Shown here: in pieces, positions 61,021-64,000 of the stretch
Position numbering within the stretch: the first letter of the stretch is position 1
Layout of the letters: each line of letters begins with the position of its first letter
DNA from: Mobula hypostoma
Taxonomy: Eukaryota
DNA: 64,000 nucleotides
NCBI RefSeq assembly: GCF_963921235.1
Contig: NC_086097.1
Location: forward strand, 155,436,001-155,500,000
Reading direction: 5' to 3'
Translations under genes and position numbers: made by a program
The notes under the pieces: model-generated
What the model was told of the DNA's origin: nothing
Database searches by the model: none
The model's input: only the letters and a program-made list of their open reading frames with translations

Positions 61021-63306
61021 GCAGGGGAGCTGAAATCTGCCATGATGGAAGAGCAGAGGTTACATGATGGGACAAATGGCCCTGACATCAATACGTGGTT
61101 CTGACAAGGTGTCAATGTGCAGATGGACTGTGACCCCACAAACTCTGCCACCAAGGCTACAAGGTTATTATTCCTCTAGTGTGGGTGAGACGACCAGCCG
61201 TAGGACCCTCAGCCCATTGTGGCTGTGCTAGCCCTGGGTGACTCTAACCCCTTCCTGACCAAGCATGTGACTCCAGTCCTACCAGATTTCCCTCTCTGGG
61301 TCCCACCATCCCTGATCCAACAGCTCAGCAAACAGCTCTTCCTCACCCCAACTCCAACTCCAACTCTTTCAGTAGCATTTCAAACTCCTCTGCCAGGAGC
61401 TGGGAAACTGCCCCAGTGAGCAGGAGCATCCCACATTTTGTCAAGGAGAAGATGGGGACTTCCAGATTTGGCCAGCGAGACAAGAGTTGGTTTTCCTCAT
61501 CTGGCCTGGGAGGAGAAAGCAGAAAACCCATCCTGGCTGCAGAGGAGAGGTGGGGCCAGCACATCTGGCTGTGAAGGGTGTATGGTCATCATTTTTGTAA
61601 AGTGAGGGCTCAGGGCCACCACATCCATCTGGAGAGGAGGATGTAGCAAATCCAAATGGACACCATGTAACATAGCTATTACAGCTCAGGGCATCGGAAT
61701 TTGAAATTCGGTTCCAGCAAGAAAGTATGCATGTTCTTCCTGGGTGCTCCAGTTTCATTTGCAATTAATAGGCTAATTAGTCCCGTGACTAAATCAGAGA
61801 GGAGCTGGTCAGCACAGCTTGGTGGGATGGAAGAACCTGTTCCACGCTGTATGTCTAACTAAATAAATCAGTAAGAAATATCTGGCTTAGGGGATTGGTC
61901 ACTCATCTGGCTGGCAAGGTGAAGGTGGGGCCTCCACATCTGGCTGAGGATATTAGTTCCACATCTGGCCAGGGAGGAGAGGGTGGAGCCTCCATATCTG
62001 TCTTTGATGACTGAGGCAGTCCCACATTTCTGATCAATGCCACCATCCCCAGTGAGGCAGCAAGGGACTGCTCTCCCGAAACCCACATTATTCATATTTC
62101 TAATGGTGAGGGCAGAATCTGTGCACCAGCAAGCAATGCAATGCTTGTAATGGTGGAACAGCCAGCACAGCTCTGAGCCCATGTCCCAATGGAATGACAA
62201 TAAAATGGGAAATGGAACGGGGTGTAAGGAAGGGAGAATTGGAGGTAAAAGTTCCAGTTCAAATTTATTCTCATCTGACTCTACATATATACTAGCAAAT
62301 GAAACAATGTTCCTCTGGATCTTGGTGCACCCACAAAACGTATCAGACACACAGCACATAAACCTAAGTATTAACACAAATGAGTTAATAAAATATCGTT
62401 CAAAATGCATGTACTGTGCGGCAAAAGGAAACAATAAACAGGAAATAGTTGAATGTCCTAAACCTGAAACCTCAGTGGAAGCAAGGTATTCATGAATTTC
62501 TTAACCCGAGGGAAGAAGATGTTATCCAGTCCTGCAATTCTAGTCCTGATGTGTCTGTACTTCCTTCTTGACGGTAGTGGGCCTAAAAGATTGCGGAGTG
62601 GGTGGTTGGGGTCCTCAACAATGTGTTAGGCCCTGTTGAGGGAGAAGTAAATTGGAGGGAGGGCTCGGAAAGAACTGGCAAGATCTTCAGAAGCACCGAA
62701 CACAGAGCAAACTTAAGGTTAATAGCAGGATTCTTAACAGAGTCAAGAAACAGAGGGATATTGCGGGGGGGGGGGGTCCACATTCATAGATCTCTCAAAT
62801 TTGCCACACAAGTTCACCCACCCTTCAGAACTCTTAAAAGCTTCCTCTGACATCCACCCTAGTTTCTTTCACTCACCTCAAATGGATGTGCTCTGGTAGA
62901 GTTTTGTAACGCAGGTTAATTAAACCACAAGATGCAGTGTTTGAAAGCTCCACCTGCCGAGGGATGAAAAACGCACACAGGATTGCAAAAAAAAAGGAAA
63001 TAAAAAATAGCTAAGCTAGAAAGAGGGGCGGCTGACCCATGCATTAGGCAAGCGAGAGAAATGCAGCAGACGATAGAAACTAACAGCAGGTACAGTATGT
63101 GGAATTAGCAGTTGGTATCTCTGCTGGCTCGACTCGAGCGGCGGTTGGCGGCGCTGGTTTGAACGGTGTAGGGCCTGTTGGGAAACAGAGTAGGTTAACT
63201 TCAGAGAGGGGGGAAGCATCTGGAAAAGGAATCGCAAAGGGAGGGTTCGAGCAAGGGCCGGTTGGCAGGAGCAGGTTGGAATAAGATCTGGAAAACGGAG
63301 AGAAAC

Positions 63307-64000
63307 TGTGGTAAACCATGTATATATGTTGTAACTGGGTTACCTGTCTGGACACACCCCTCTGCTGACTGCCCCTGTGGCTCTTCCCACAGAGTCCTGT
63401 ATAAAGGTGTTCGCCTTGCCCCTCCCCCTCAGTCCGGGGGCAGACACTCACTGTGGAGGTCATATTGTACAGCGAATAAGAGTTTCAGTATTTTACCAAA
63501 CCTCAGTCTTTTGGAGTAATTGAAGGTGCTTCAATTTTATTCGCTGTACGTTTTTAAAACATGGACCAGGCCCCGAGACCAGAAAAATTAGACCTCAATC
63601 CGCAGACACCTGAAGCTGGAAATGCTTTCGAACTCTGGCCGGCCTGCTTCAAAGCGTATCTAGAGGAGATTAAAGCGACCGACCCCGTAGCGAAGCGCAG
63701 AGTTCTACTCTCCAGGGTCAGTCCACGGGTTTATTCGCTGATCAGAGACCAGCCGAACTACGACGGCGCGATGAACACACTCAAAAGACAATACCTGCGG
63801 CCGATAAACAGCGTCTATGCTCGGCACCATTTAGCGACACGGCAACAACGTCCCGGGAAATTGAGTGCTGAGTTCGTCCAGGCCCTACGGACGCTCGTGC
63901 GGGCCTGCAATTGCCAGGAGCTGACGGCGGTGCAGCATGCAGAACTCCTAGTGAGGGACGCCTTCGTCACGGGGACCAGGTCAGTGTACGTGCGCCAGCG
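63307..64000 (+). mobile_element. Gypsy LTR retrotransposon 5' end: LTR 63307-63533, gag from ATG 63561 running off the window
   Basis: TG...CA LTR with tataaa and aataag; open gag MDQAPRPEKLDL...YARHHLATRQQRPG...LVRDAFVTG. Confidence 0.85.

Overview
Repeat-dominated vertebrate genomic DNA. The repeat mix (CR1 LINEs with SGNH-esterase ORF1, Rex1/Babar, Nimb/I-clade LINE, Tc1, Gypsy, hammerhead-bearing Penelope-type repeats) looks most like a cartilaginous fish, which is an inference. Most long ORFs are transposon-derived. Between the repeats are at least six exon remnants of a phospholipase C delta-family gene in two opposite orientations. The minus-strand copy has a PH 3' half (11279-11375), an EF-hand exon (8032-8113) and the X-Y linker exon with VSDEDEAAEM (5566-5708). 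The plus-strand copy has two tandem PH exons (58121-58291, 58683-58894) and an intact EF-hand exon (60397-60613). A third copy of the post-PH intron lies at about 16535. Frameshifts, broken splice sites and missing catalytic exons point to a multi-copy PLC-delta pseudogene cluster. The intron after the PH exon looks U12-type and has decayed differently in each copy. Other points of interest: an orphan 369-aa acidic ORF with a signal-anchor-like segment, a perfect 87-bp palindrome carrying two minimal hammerhead ribozyme cores, and a solo LTR flanked by a 31-bp duplication. All homology calls come from my recall of family sequences, not from database searches.
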